64,000 nt of DNA, taken from assembly GCA_041666915.1 (NCBI GenBank), contig JBAYFZ010000003.1:22394-86393 (forward strand), written 5' to 3'. Shown piece by piece: positions 37,277 to 46,350 of this stretch (positions are counted from its first letter, which is position 1; every line of letters begins with the position of its first letter). Source of the DNA: Minisyncoccota bacterium. GTDB taxonomy: Bacteria > Patescibacteriota > Minisyncoccia > Phycocordibacterales > PALSA-1337. The translations under genes were made by a program, and so were the position numbers. The notes under the pieces are model-generated. The model made no database searches. It saw only the letters and a program-made list of their open reading frames with translations, and had not been told where the DNA came from.

Positions 37277-39988
37277 GTGGCTCTACGCATGTCATTTTTG
37301 GATAAATTAAGAGGTGGTTCTCATACGAAGGCCTTGAAAGGGTTTCAGCCTATCGTAAAAGAGATAAATCAGCTTGAAGCAAAGATTCAGGCTCTTTCTG
37401 ATGAAGAATTGAAAAGAAAGACAGTTGAATTTAAAAAAAGACTTGAAATAGTTGATCCTAAATCTGGCGAAACCTTGAAATTTACCGACCCTGCAGAAGA
37501 AAAGAAAATTTTGAATGCGAAATTAAATGAGATTTTGCCCGAAGCTTTTGCAGTGATTCGTGAAGCATCTCGCCGTACTTTGGGTCAGAGACATTTTGAT
37601 GTTCAACTTCTGGGAGGTATGGTTTTGAATTCTGGAGGTATTGCAGAGATGCGAACTGGTGAAGGTAAGACTTTGGTGGCCACATTACCAGCGTATTTGA
37701 ATGCTCTGACTGGTAAAGGTGTACATATTGTTACAGTCAACGATTATCTCTCTAGACGTGATGCCGTTTGGATGGGTCAGATTTATTCTTTCTTGGGTCT
37801 TTCTGTAGGTGTTATAAACCACGAAGCATCTTTTTTGTATGATGCTACTGCTGTCACACCTAGTGGTGATATCCTGGATTCCCGCCGAAGTTTATCCTCG
37901 AAGGGGACGGTAAATGACAACAAGAGCCAGGAGGTCACACCTCCAGATTCGCTTCCAGATTCACTAGATAAAGAACGCGATTCACTCGGTGCTTTCAAAG
38001 TTGTTCATGAATTTCTACGACCAGTTTCTAGGCACGAAGCCTACATGGCTGACATTACTTATGGTACTAATAATGAATTCGGTTTTGATTATTTGCGTGA
38101 CAATCTAGAATATTCTAGAGATAGGTTGCGTCAGAGAACTTTCAATTACGCTATTGTTGATGAGATTGACTCTATTCTTATAGATGAAGCTAGGACACCT
38201 CTCATTATCTCTGCACCAACTCGTGATGCCGAAAGTACTTACAAACAATTTGCCCAGCTTGTTACTTCATTCAAAAAAGATGAGGACTACACGGTTGAGG
38301 AGAAACATCGTTCAATCTCTCTTACTCCAGCTGGTATTACCAAAGCTGAAAAGGCTCTGGGTATAGAAAATATTTATACAGAAAAGGGTATCAAGTCAGT
38401 CCATCATTTGGAAACTGCTATCAAGGCCGTAGCTTTGTATAACAATAACAAAGAGTATGTGGTCAAAGATAACCAGATCTTGATCGTTGATGAATTTACA
38501 GGACGTATTCAACCAGGAAGACGTTGGTCTGATGGTTTGCATCAGGCTATAGAAGCCAAAGAAGGTGTTTCTATTCAACAAGAGTCTAGGACTTATGCAT
38601 CTATTACATTCCAGAACTTTTTCCGTATGTATCCGAAGTTGTCGGGTATGACAGGTACAGCCGTCACTTCATCTGAAGAATTTTTCAAAGTTTATGGTTT
38701 GGAAGTTACAACGGTGCCTACGAACGTTCCTGCTGTTCGTAAAGATGAGAATGATCAGATCTTCCGCACGGAGATCGGTAAATACAAAGCTATTTCTCGC
38801 AAAGTAAAAGAGCTTCATGCCAAGGGTCAACCTGTTCTTATTGGTACAGTCTCTATTGAAAAAAATGAAGTTTTGTCACAGTTTTTGAAAGCGGAGGGTG
38901 TTCCTCATGAAATTTTGAATGCCAAGAATCATGAACGTGAAGGAGAGATTATCGCTCAGGCTGGCAAAAAGGGTGCTGTGACTATTGCCACAAACATGGC
39001 TGGTCGCGGAGTTGATATCAAACTTGGTGGTAATCCAAATACTCCAGAATCTTATGCAGAGATAAAACAAAACGGTGGTCTTTTTGTCCTTGGTACAGAG
39101 AGACATGAAGCACGTCGCATTGATAATCAACTTCGAGGCCGTTCGGGTCGTCAGGGTGATCCGGGTGAGACGCAATTCTTCGTTTCTCTTGAAGATACTC
39201 TCATGCGTGTCTTTGCTTCGGATATGTTGAAGTCAATGATGGGTAAGCTCGGCATGCCAGAAGATGAGGCTATTGAACATAAGATCATTTCTAGGTCTTT
39301 GGAATCTGCTCAAGAAAAGATTGAGGGATTCAATTTTGATTCTAGAAAACATGTTTTGGAATTTGATGACATCATAAATCACCAGAGAACTGCTATCTAT
39401 GGTAGACGTCGCAAATTGCTTATGGGTACAGTTGATGATGTTGAAGCGGAGTTAGGTCAGATTATTGGGGGAGAGAACTCTGATGTTACGGGAATAATTC
39501 AAAAGAAAATTGCAGAATTTGGTCGCGAACCTTTCTTGATGGCTGTTCGTATAATTTTATTACAGACGATTGATATGTATTGGGTGGAACACCTAGAGGT
39601 AATGGATTACACGCGTTCAAGTGTAAATCTACGCGCTTACGGTCAACGTGATCCTCTGGTTGAATACAAGAAGGAAGGTCTCAGACTATTCAAAGAAATG
39701 CAGGGCGCTATGAGGGAGCAAGTTATTAAAATCATTCCTCATGTAGTCCCAGTCAATGATGGTAATCCTATTGTCAGCAGTAATTCAAGCAATTCAAATG
39801 GCGCTTCAAAACCTGTTGGTATTCAAGCTGATCTGAAGGAGGTTCATGAAAATGCTCAGATTATTGGTGCAGGTGATGGCTCAAGTAGTTCAAATTCTAT
39901 TAAAAAAGAACCTGAAGTAGGTCGCAACGATCCTTGTCCTTGCGGAAGTGGTAAGAAATACAAGAAATGTCATGGGGCGGGGAAGTAA
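37277..39988 (+). CDS. secA: Preprotein translocase ATPase SecA
   Basis: [59 protein letters not shown], and the C-terminal zinc finger [14 protein letters not shown]. It has an in-frame insertion of about 55 aa after LGLSVGVI. Confidence 0.9.
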   Translation: MALRMSFLDKLRGGSHTKALKGFQPIVKEINQLEAKIQALSDEELKRKTVEFKKRLEIVDPKSGETLKFTDPAEEKKILNAKLNEILPEAFAVIREASRRTLGQRHFDVQLLGGMVLNSGGIAEMRTGEGKTLVATLPAYLNALTGKGVHIVTVNDYLSRRDAVWMGQIYSFLGLSVGVINHEASFLYDATAVTPSGDILDSRRSLSSKGTVNDNKSQEVTPPDSLPDSLDKERDSLGAFKVVHEFLRPVSRHEAYMADITYGTNNEFGFDYLRDNLEYSRDRLRQRTFNYAIVDEIDSILIDEARTPLIISAPTRDAESTYKQFAQLVTSFKKDEDYTVEEKHRSISLTPAGITKAEKALGIENIYTEKGIKSVHHLETAIKAVALYNNNKEYVVKDNQILIVDEFTGRIQPGRRWSDGLHQAIEAKEGVSIQQESRTYASITFQNFFRMYPKLSGMTGTAVTSSEEFFKVYGLEVTTVPTNVPAVRKDENDQIFRTEIGKYKAISRKVKELHAKGQPVLIGTVSIEKNEVLSQFLKAEGVPHEILNAKNHEREGEIIAQAGKKGAVTIATNMAGRGVDIKLGGNPNTPESYAEIKQNGGLFVLGTERHEARRIDNQLRGRSGRQGDPGETQFFVSLEDTLMRVFASDMLKSMMGKLGMPEDEAIEHKIISRSLESAQEKIEGFNFDSRKHVLEFDDIINHQRTAIYGRRRKLLMGTVDDVEAELGQIIGGENSDVTGIIQKKIAEFGREPFLMAVRIILLQTIDMYWVEHLEVMDYTRSSVNLRAYGQRDPLVEYKKEGLRLFKEMQGAMREQVIKIIPHVVPVNDGNPIVSSNSSNSNGASKPVGIQADLKEVHENAQIIGAGDGSSSSNSIKKEPEVGRNDPCPCGSGKKYKKCHGAGK
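37861..37886. repeat. 26-nt copy (25/26) of the outer end of the GIY-YIG element's right inverted repeat plus its preceding 'tagtggt', embedded in-frame in secA
   Basis: tagtggtgatatcctggattcccgcc at 37861-37886 versus tagtggtaatatcctggattcccgcc at 37171-37196. Confidence 0.6.
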
Positions 39989-40464
39989 TTTTTCAAATGA
40001 AAAAACAACTAACACTTTGCATAGTTCATCAACATCCAAAAGTCCTTCTTGGAATGAAGAAGAAAGGCTTTGGAGCTGGTAGATGGAATGGTTTTGGTGG
40101 TAAGGTTGAAAAAGGAGAGACTATAGAGGATGCTGCGGTGAGGGAACTACATGAAGAAGCGGGTATCAAAGCTGTCAATCTTGAAAAAGTTGGAATTTTG
40201 GATTTTGAATTTCAGGGCAACCCCGAGATTTTGGAAGTCCATATATTTAAGACCGATGATTTTCGTGGTAGACCAACCGAGAGTGATGAGATGAAACCGC
40301 AATGGTTTTTCGTAGAGGAGATTCCGTTCAAAGAAATGTGGCCAGATGACGTCTATTGGATACCACTATTTTTGAAGAGAAAGAAATTTAAAGGGAAGTT
40401 TCTCTTTGGTGAAGCAGATAAAATACTAGACAAAGATTTGACCGTGGTTGACTATTTGGAGTGA
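39967..40464 (+). CDS. NUDIX hydrolase (MutT-like)
   Basis: Nudix box [24 protein letters not shown]. Confidence 0.8.
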   Translation: MSWGGEVIFQMKKQLTLCIVHQHPKVLLGMKKKGFGAGRWNGFGGKVEKGETIEDAAVRELHEEAGIKAVNLEKVGILDFEFQGNPEILEVHIFKTDDFRGRPTESDEMKPQWFFVEEIPFKEMWPDDVYWIPLFLKRKKFKGKFLFGEADKILDKDLTVVDYLE

Positions 40465-40522
40465 TTTTCTGGTCGCCTCCGCCCTTCGACAAGCTCAGGG
40501 CTTTGGCGAACCGAAGGAATAA

Positions 40523-40756
40523 TTATTTACCACCAAAGACTTTTTGTAATTCCTCCTTATGTTTTTCTACAGTCTCCATGACAGCTGTAGTCTGATCTTT
40601 TCCGTTTTTGACTTTACTTTGCACTTCCTCAGCTATTTTTTTGAAGAAATCGGGATTTTTTTCTAATAATTCAAAAATTTTATCCTGTTCTGCTTGAGGA
40701 ACATCCTTCATCTTTGATTTGAGTAATTGCTTGAATAAGAAGTTTTGTATGGCCAT
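40523..40756 (-). CDS. Small hypothetical alpha-helical K/E-rich protein
   Basis: 77-aa ORF in an otherwise empty gap. No recognisable domain. Confidence 0.3.
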   Translation of the reverse strand: MAIQNFLFKQLLKSKMKDVPQAEQDKIFELLEKNPDFFKKIAEEVQSKVKNGKDQTTAVMETVEKHKEELQKVFGGK

Positions 40757-40766
40757 AATGATGTGG

Positions 40767-40832
40767 TTTACGGAAGCGAGGCTTCCAGAAGTTGTTGAAA
40801 TATAGCATATTTCCGGATGTCAGGCATCTGGT
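40767..40832. repeat. Partial REP-composite (left half tttacggaagcgaggcttcc, identical to 35582-35601) plus a second hairpin family TTCCGGATGTCAGRCATC that is also at 43888-43908
   Basis: Exact 20-nt match to the element at 35582. ccggatgtcaggcatctgg versus ccggatgtcagacatcag. Confidence 0.5.
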
Positions 40833-40866
40833 TCCCAAAACCTTTATGGTGTGTTAATCTATAGTC

Positions 40867-41943
40867 ATGATTTCAAGAGTCTCCGCATACTTCTTTTTTG
40901 TCTTATTACTCTGTGCTGTTGTAGCGTCAGTCTTTATTTTCTTGCCATTTTTGACACCGATCATTTTGGGTATAGCTGCTTCGGTTATTGCTTACCCAGT
41001 CTATCGTTGGTTCAGTAAACTTTTTGGAGTTGGTAAAGTTGGTGCTGGAGCAGCTAGGACAAATTTGGCTGCTTTTCTTACCGTCCTTATTCTTGTTGTC
41101 GTTGTCGTTGTACCAGTATTCTTTTTGATCAGTAGAATGTACGTTGAAGTCCAATCTCTTTACACAGCTTTAACAGATGAATCAGAACGCTCGGTTATTA
41201 TCAATAGTCTAAATTCATTGTCCCAGTCATTATCAAATAGACTTTTCAATGTTTTCCCAGCTTATTCTTTTGATTCGCTGAACATTACAGAGTATATGAA
41301 AGGCTTTTTGATCTGGATATTTGGCAATCTGGATAAGATTTTCACTGGTGTAGCGACGGTTGCAATCTATTTGTTCGTCTTCTTATTATCAATGTTCTAT
41401 TTCCTTAGAGATGGAGCAATGATCAAGAGAAAATTTGTCTCATGGAGTCCCTTGCTTGATAATTATGATGAGTATATTACCATAACTTTGAAGAAAGCCA
41501 TTCTGTCGGTTTTCGGAGGTACTGTCGTCGTTGCTTTGATTCAAGGAATACTGACTGGATTTGGCTTCTGGATTTTCGGTGTGCCGGCTCCAGCGGTTTG
41601 GGGTGCCGTGGCATCTATCGCAGCCTTTATTCCTGGAATAGGTACAAGTCTGGTTATTGTCCCTGGAATATTGTACTTGGTATTAACTGGTAATTATCCT
41701 TATGCGGTAGGGTTAACTATTTGGGGAACAGTCGCGGTAGGCCTTATTGATAATATTCTTGGTCCTCATTTGATCAATAAAGGAGTACACATTCATCCAT
41801 TCCTTATTCTTATTTCAGTCTTGGGTGGATTGTCAGTTTTTGGACCAGTCGGATTTGTTCTAGGACCTCTCATACTTTCATTACTCTTTGCATTACTAGA
41901 GATATATAGAACATCATTTACTAACATCAAGGATGGAGAGTAG
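40867..41943 (+). CDS. AI-2E family transporter (PerM/UPF0118 membrane protein)
   Basis: 358 aa, about 8 TM segments, the characteristic length and topology. C-terminal ...GPLILSLLFALLE. Confidence 0.7.
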   Translation: MISRVSAYFFFVLLLCAVVASVFIFLPFLTPIILGIAASVIAYPVYRWFSKLFGVGKVGAGAARTNLAAFLTVLILVVVVVVPVFFLISRMYVEVQSLYTALTDESERSVIINSLNSLSQSLSNRLFNVFPAYSFDSLNITEYMKGFLIWIFGNLDKIFTGVATVAIYLFVFLLSMFYFLRDGAMIKRKFVSWSPLLDNYDEYITITLKKAILSVFGGTVVVALIQGILTGFGFWIFGVPAPAVWGAVASIAAFIPGIGTSLVIVPGILYLVLTGNYPYAVGLTIWGTVAVGLIDNILGPHLINKGVHIHPFLILISVLGGLSVFGPVGFVLGPLILSLLFALLEIYRTSFTNIKDGE

Positions 41944-41995
41944 AGCTAAGAGTTAAGAGGTAAGAGCTAAGATTAATCACAAATTACATCGGCTT

Positions 41996-42043
41996 CTTTA
42001 CCTCTTACCTCTTACCTCTTACCTCTTACCTCTTACCTCTACC
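41996..42043. repeat. Heptanucleotide microsatellite (CCTCTTA)x6 immediately upstream of the obg start
   Basis: cctcttacctcttacctcttacctcttacctcttacctcta. The purine-rich complement (gttaagaggtaagag) lies at 41951-41967, so a stem-loop is possible. Confidence 0.8.
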
Positions 42044-42046
42044 ATC

Positions 42047-43036
42047 ATGGCTCTCATTGACGAAATACAATTTCATGCAAAAGCAGGCAACGGCGGTAAC
42101 GGCGTTGTTCGTTGGCGTCATGAGAAGAATAAAGAATTTGCTGGCGCAGGAGGTGGTAACGGTGGACCTGGTGGGGATGTCTACGTACGGACTGTTCGCG
42201 ATATAAATATCTTAGCTAGACATAAAACTACAAAATTATTCCAAGCTAGAAATGGTGACGATGGACAAAATTTTAATATGCAAGGTAAGGCTGGAGATGA
42301 TTGTTATATAGATTTACCGATCGGTTCAGTGATTGTAAATCTGCAGACTGGACGTACAATTGAGCTATTCAATGAAGGGGAAGAACAGAAGATTCTACAC
42401 GGTGGTCGTGGCGGTCTTGGTAATGAGTACTTCAAGGCTTCTACAAATATTAGACCTGAGCAATCAACTGACGGTGTCTATGGTGAAGAGGCTGACTTTA
42501 CGGTTGAATTGAACCTCATCGCTGACGCGGGGCTTATTGGTCTTCCTAATGCAGGTAAATCTAGTCTGCTGAACGCACTCACGGAGGCACGCGCGAAGGT
42601 TGGTAGTTATCAATTTACAACTCTGGATCCTAACCTAGGAGCTTTACCAGGAGGTTATATTCTCGCTGATTTGCCAGGACTTATAGAAGGTGCGGCTGAA
42701 GGTAAAGGTCTCGGTCATAAGTTCTTGAAGCATGTAAAGAGAACAAAAATGTTGCTCCATCTTGTTTCTTTGGAGAATGAAAATGTTATAGAAGTTTATC
42801 AAGGTATTAGAAAAGAATTGGAGAGATTTGGTGAGGGTTTGGATCAAAAAGAAGAAATAATAATTCTTACGAAGACGGATCTTGTAGGTCCAGAAAAGAT
42901 AGAAGAAGCGAGAAAGAGTCTTTCCGGAGGTGTAACCTCCGGAAATAAGACGCCGACTATTCTCACTGTTAGTATTTTAGATGATGGATCTATTAAAGAT
43001 TTGTCGGATAAATTGACTAAGAAGTTGGCGGAGTAG
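42047..43036 (+). CDS. obg: GTPase Obg/CgtA
   Basis: N-terminal glycine-rich Obg fold (GGNGGPGGDVYV). G1 GLPNAGKSSLLNAL, G3 DLPGLIEGA, G4 TKTD. Confidence 0.9.
   Translation: MALIDEIQFHAKAGNGGNGVVRWRHEKNKEFAGAGGGNGGPGGDVYVRTVRDINILARHKTTKLFQARNGDDGQNFNMQGKAGDDCYIDLPIGSVIVNLQTGRTIELFNEGEEQKILHGGRGGLGNEYFKASTNIRPEQSTDGVYGEEADFTVELNLIADAGLIGLPNAGKSSLLNALTEARAKVGSYQFTTLDPNLGALPGGYILADLPGLIEGAAEGKGLGHKFLKHVKRTKMLLHLVSLENENVIEVYQGIRKELERFGEGLDQKEEIIILTKTDLVGPEKIEEARKSLSGGVTSGNKTPTILTVSILDDGSIKDLSDKLTKKLAE
42922..42944. repeat. REP copy inside the obg coding sequence (encodes SGGVTSGN)
   Basis: ttccggaggtgtaacctccggaa, a perfect 10-bp-arm palindrome. Confidence 0.8.
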
Positions 43037-43628
43037 GGAAGTTTCTTCCGGAGGTGTAACCTCCGGAAAACAGTATTGGTGTTTGTTTACGAATCTCACC
43101 TAAATAATCTTTGAAGCTAGAGTACTCATAATTTTTAGAATAGGCCATTGCTTCCATGGCATGTTCCTTCTGAGCTTCTTTTGACATTTCTGGTTCCTTG
43201 ATCCCGTAAGGATTTAGATGGACATAATTGATTAGCTTATCAAGATAATCTTTTTCGTACACACCTTTTTCTTTGAACGATCCTTGCCAGATAGTTCCAG
43301 AATGATCGTATTTTTTGTTGTAATAACCAGAATAGCCAGTGCAGAATTTATGCATGAATTTAGTAATGTTTTCTGGAGGTGAAGCCTCCGGAAGTTTTAA
43401 GACGATATGGAAATGATTAGGCATTAAACAATAAGCGACAATATCAACAAGCGTACCTTTACGTTCAATTGAAAATATATCTTTTTCTCCGAAACCTTTG
43501 AGTTCAAAAGATTCGGTATTATTAGCTATATAGAGTAGTTTCAACATACGCCAATAGTCGCTGGCGTCATTAAAAATGACTGCTTTATGAGCTCCTCGGT
43601 TGTAGATATGATAGTAAATTTCTTTCAT
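43017..43628 (-). CDS. REP-associated tyrosine transposase (RAYT; IS200/IS605-like Y1 HuH transposase)
   Basis: HuH motif MPNHFHIVLKLPE. Catalytic Tyr region DYLDKLINYVHLNPYG and a downstream YSSF, as in E. coli RAYT (YIYINPVKHG...WPWSSF). It is flanked on both sides by REP palindromes. Confidence 0.75.
   Translation of the reverse strand: MKEIYYHIYNRGAHKAVIFNDASDYWRMLKLLYIANNTESFELKGFGEKDIFSIERKGTLVDIVAYCLMPNHFHIVLKLPEASPPENITKFMHKFCTGYSGYYNKKYDHSGTIWQGSFKEKGVYEKDYLDKLINYVHLNPYGIKEPEMSKEAQKEHAMEAMAYSKNYEYSSFKDYLGEIRKQTPILFSGGYTSGRNFPTPPTS
43046..43068. repeat. REP copy (terminator-like hairpin between convergent obg and RAYT)
   Basis: ttccggaggtgtaacctccggaa, 9 nt after the obg stop. Confidence 0.8.
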
Positions 43629-43632
43629 ATTT

Positions 43633-43654
43633 TTCCGGAGGTGTAACCTCCGAA
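43633..43654. repeat. REP copy immediately 5' of the RAYT start
   Basis: ttccggaggtgtaacctccgaa. Confidence 0.75.
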
Positions 43655-43742
43655 ATTGTATATTATCAGGACGAGTTAAAATCCTGATAAAGAAAGGTTA
43701 AAGAAATGATAAAAAAGTTATGAAGAAACAATGAAGATTTCC

Positions 43743-43765
43743 TCCGGAGGTGTAACCTCCGGAGT
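43743..43765. repeat. REP copy
   Basis: ctccggaggtgtaacctccggag. Confidence 0.75.
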
Positions 43766-43817
43766 CAGCCGAGATTTCGGAAAAACAGAGACATGTCTCT
43801 CGAAAGGGTAGGGAATT

Positions 43818-43842
43818 AAAACACCGCTAGTTGGCGGTGTTT
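43818..43842 (-). terminator. Candidate bidirectional rho-independent terminator downstream of gatB
   Basis: aaacaccgc-tagtt-ggcggtgttt. The minus-strand reading is followed by ttaatt; the plus-strand reading is followed by tattat. Confidence 0.4.
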
Positions 43843-43914
43843 ATTATAGTTTATTAATGTTTAAATATTTTATATGGCTCTAATTCGTTCCGGATGTCAG
43901 ACATCAGAAAAGTG

Positions 43915-45498
43915 TTAACCAATCTTTTCTATGAGTAACTTCTTCAGTATTTCAGGGTTGGCTGAACCTTTTGTGGCTTTCATCGCTTGACCTATGAGGA
44001 ATTGGAGTGAAGCAGTTTTACCGTTTTTGTATTCAGCTATTACAGAAGGGTTGGTAGAGATGATGTTTGCGATGACTGGATCAAGTGCACCAAGATCACT
44101 CTTTTGGATAAGGTTATTTTTTTCAGCGAATGCACGCAATTGACCAGCTTCAACATGAGTCGATTTGCTATCAGTTCCACCTACGAGTAATATCAAAAGA
44201 TCTTTTGCTCCACGTGAAGAAAGGTCACCACTTACGATGAGTTCAATGAGTTCAGCGAAGGTGTCTGATCCGATTGGTCCGAGAATGCCCGAAGATTTTG
44301 CATCAGATCCGATTGAACCTTTTTTATCTGCTGAATTATTTTTTTCGGTGTTTGTATTTGAACTGACATTTTCTGTTGAATCGGTCGTGCCAGTTGAATC
44401 ATTTGTACCAGAGACTTTTTTGAGTAGTCCCAAGTAATCAGTGAGGAGATAGTTGACAGCAAGTTTGATCTTCTTTGCATCACCTTTGAATGTGGAAATG
44501 ACTGATTCAAAATATTTTGCAACTTCTGGTTGTTCTATGAATACCGCAACTTCTTTGTCAGTCATGCCAAAAGAATTTTTGAAGCGATCTCGTTTTGTCC
44601 ATGGCAACTCTGGCAAATCTTTTTCTATAACATTTTTAGAAAATTCCGGCATCTCAGAAATTTTCAACTTTGGAATATCTGGTTCAGGGAAGTAGCGATA
44701 GTCATGAGAACTTTCTTTTTTTCGTTGAGAATAAGTTTCTCCGGCGGAGTCATCCCAACCTCGAGTCTCTTGCACGACAACTTCACCAGCTTCAAGGAGA
44801 GAAGTCTGACGTAGAAGTTCACACTCAATAGCTTTTTCTACAGAACGAAATGAATTTAAATTTTTGACTTCAGTCTTCGTTCCAAATTTTCCTTTGGTAG
44901 TGTCAGCGGGGGAGGCGATAGAAATATTTGCTTCAACACGCATTTCTCCTTTTTCCATATTTGCTTCACCAGCTCCAAGGTAACGTAAAAGTAGTTGCAA
45001 CTCTTTTGCGAAACGTACAGCAGTGACGGCATCATGGATGACAGGTTTTGTAACGAGCTCCATGAGCGGTACTCCAGATCTATTAAAATTTACTAAACTT
45101 TTTTCGTGTGAGTCGTGAGTGGACTGGGCAGTGTCTTCTTCAAGATGGATTCTCTCTAGTTCAATGCCAGCAAGATTTCCTCCAGAGACGAGAGGGTATT
45201 TGTATTGAGAGATCTGGTAACCTTTTGGTATATCAGGATAAAAATAATTTTTGCGATCCCATTCTGTAAAATCGGCAATAGTTCCACCTATGGCTGTACC
45301 TACGCGGATAACATGTTTGATTGCTTCTTTGTTGAGGACTGGAAGAGTACCTGGGTGAGCTAGACAGATAGGGCAGACATTTTGGTTAGGTTTTTCTTCA
45401 TCTGGATTGTTCCTACAAGAACAGAACATCTTTGAATTAGTACGAAGCTCGGCGTGTATTTCCAAGCCAATAGTTGGTATATATTTATTGTTTTCCAT
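43915..45498 (-). CDS. gatB: Asp-tRNA(Asn)/Glu-tRNA(Gln) amidotransferase subunit B
   Basis: MENNKYIPTIGLEIHAELRTNSKMFCSC..., VCPICLAHPGTLPVLNKEA, and a C-terminal GatB/YqeY domain. A low-complexity S/T/N/D-rich insert of about 50 aa sits before the tail domain. Confidence 0.9.
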   Translation of the reverse strand: MENNKYIPTIGLEIHAELRTNSKMFCSCRNNPDEEKPNQNVCPICLAHPGTLPVLNKEAIKHVIRVGTAIGGTIADFTEWDRKNYFYPDIPKGYQISQYKYPLVSGGNLAGIELERIHLEEDTAQSTHDSHEKSLVNFNRSGVPLMELVTKPVIHDAVTAVRFAKELQLLLRYLGAGEANMEKGEMRVEANISIASPADTTKGKFGTKTEVKNLNSFRSVEKAIECELLRQTSLLEAGEVVVQETRGWDDSAGETYSQRKKESSHDYRYFPEPDIPKLKISEMPEFSKNVIEKDLPELPWTKRDRFKNSFGMTDKEVAVFIEQPEVAKYFESVISTFKGDAKKIKLAVNYLLTDYLGLLKKVSGTNDSTGTTDSTENVSSNTNTEKNNSADKKGSIGSDAKSSGILGPIGSDTFAELIELIVSGDLSSRGAKDLLILLVGGTDSKSTHVEAGQLRAFAEKNNLIQKSDLGALDPVIANIISTNPSVIAEYKNGKTASLQFLIGQAMKATKGSANPEILKKLLIEKIG

Positions 45499-45516
45499 AT
45501 ACCGTATAGATTAACA

Positions 45517-45768
45517 TTAATCTGTCAGATGTTGAACCATGAGTTTACGGACCTGCTTTTTCGTAGGCTTCTTCATTCCACGACTGACTTCTATTTCTAT
45601 AAGTAGTTTCTCTATATCAGATACTTTATAAACGCGGTAATTGTTGATAGGGTGACGTCCTGCTGAGAATTTACCGCTATTGTCCCAATTGCGTAATGTG
45701 AGAGGGGTAACACCCAATATCTCGGCTGCTTTCTGTATAGTTATAAGTTTTGTTTGAAGAATATCCAT
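45517..45768 (-). CDS. Small MerR-type HTH DNA-binding protein
   Basis: 83 aa. ITIQKAAEILGVTPLTLRNWDNSGKF...NYRVYKVSDIEKL fits the MerR N-terminal HTH. It is divergent from the surface-locus operon. Confidence 0.55.
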   Translation of the reverse strand: MDILQTKLITIQKAAEILGVTPLTLRNWDNSGKFSAGRHPINNYRVYKVSDIEKLLIEIEVSRGMKKPTKKQVRKLMVQHLTD

Positions 45769-46224
45769 AAAATTAAAGGTTAATAAACATTGATAATAGT
45801 TATTAAATATATATAAATTGAATAAAATGTAATCTAAAATTATGCAAATTCTGTCTAAATCGTATTAATGTTTATAAAGGGTAAAATAAGATAGAAAATT
45901 TTAATAAAAATTCATGATCAACTTTTAGCTTTACGTTTATAAGTTTAACATATTTATTAAGGTGCAACTCTTAAAAATGTGCATAAAGCCCTATAAACGA
46001 TTTTAAAGCCAAGTTTTGAATTGAAATTATTGTCTACTTGTAAAACCATCATATTTATTTATATCACACCTTATAATATTAGCCGTATATTTATTGTGTG
46101 AGTACTATTTATATACTAAGTTTATCCCTTCCTGATTAAAACAGGTCTCTACACGATCTAGTCGCCCGACTCTTTTAAGTATTGATATATCTTTCCCTAT
46201 AAATGAAATTACAGCCTCTGAGAT

Positions 46225-46247
46225 TTACGGAGGTTACACCTCCGGAA
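46225..46247. repeat. REP copy in inverted orientation, within the AT-rich 45769-46350 control region
   Basis: ttacggaggttacacctccggaa (loop tta/cac, the reverse of gtgtaac). Confidence 0.7.
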
Positions 46248-46350
46248 AAATTACTACATACCTTTTTTTATTTCTGTTTTATAATTTGTTGTCCACAGTT
46301 TTCCTGAATATTTTCGTTAAAGATTACGATATAATGATTAGCGAACCAAT

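Noticed and set aside
43371-43393. Degenerate REP-like palindrome inside the RAYT coding sequence, encoding the conserved LPEASPPE region
   Set aside because: It coincides with the conserved HuH-adjacent motif of the transposase itself. This is probably coincidence, or an ancient echo, rather than an inserted REP.
43663-43740. Hairpin atcagga-cgagttaaaa-tcctgat and a tiny ORF (MIKKL) upstream of the RAYT
   Set aside because: Too short to support as a gene. Probably part of the RAYT promoter and REP-flank structure.
45769-46350. AT-rich region as a possible chromosomal replication origin
   Set aside because: There are no dnaA/dnaN genes nearby and only weak DnaA-box-like matches (tgtccaca). 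Divergent promoter region is the simpler reading.
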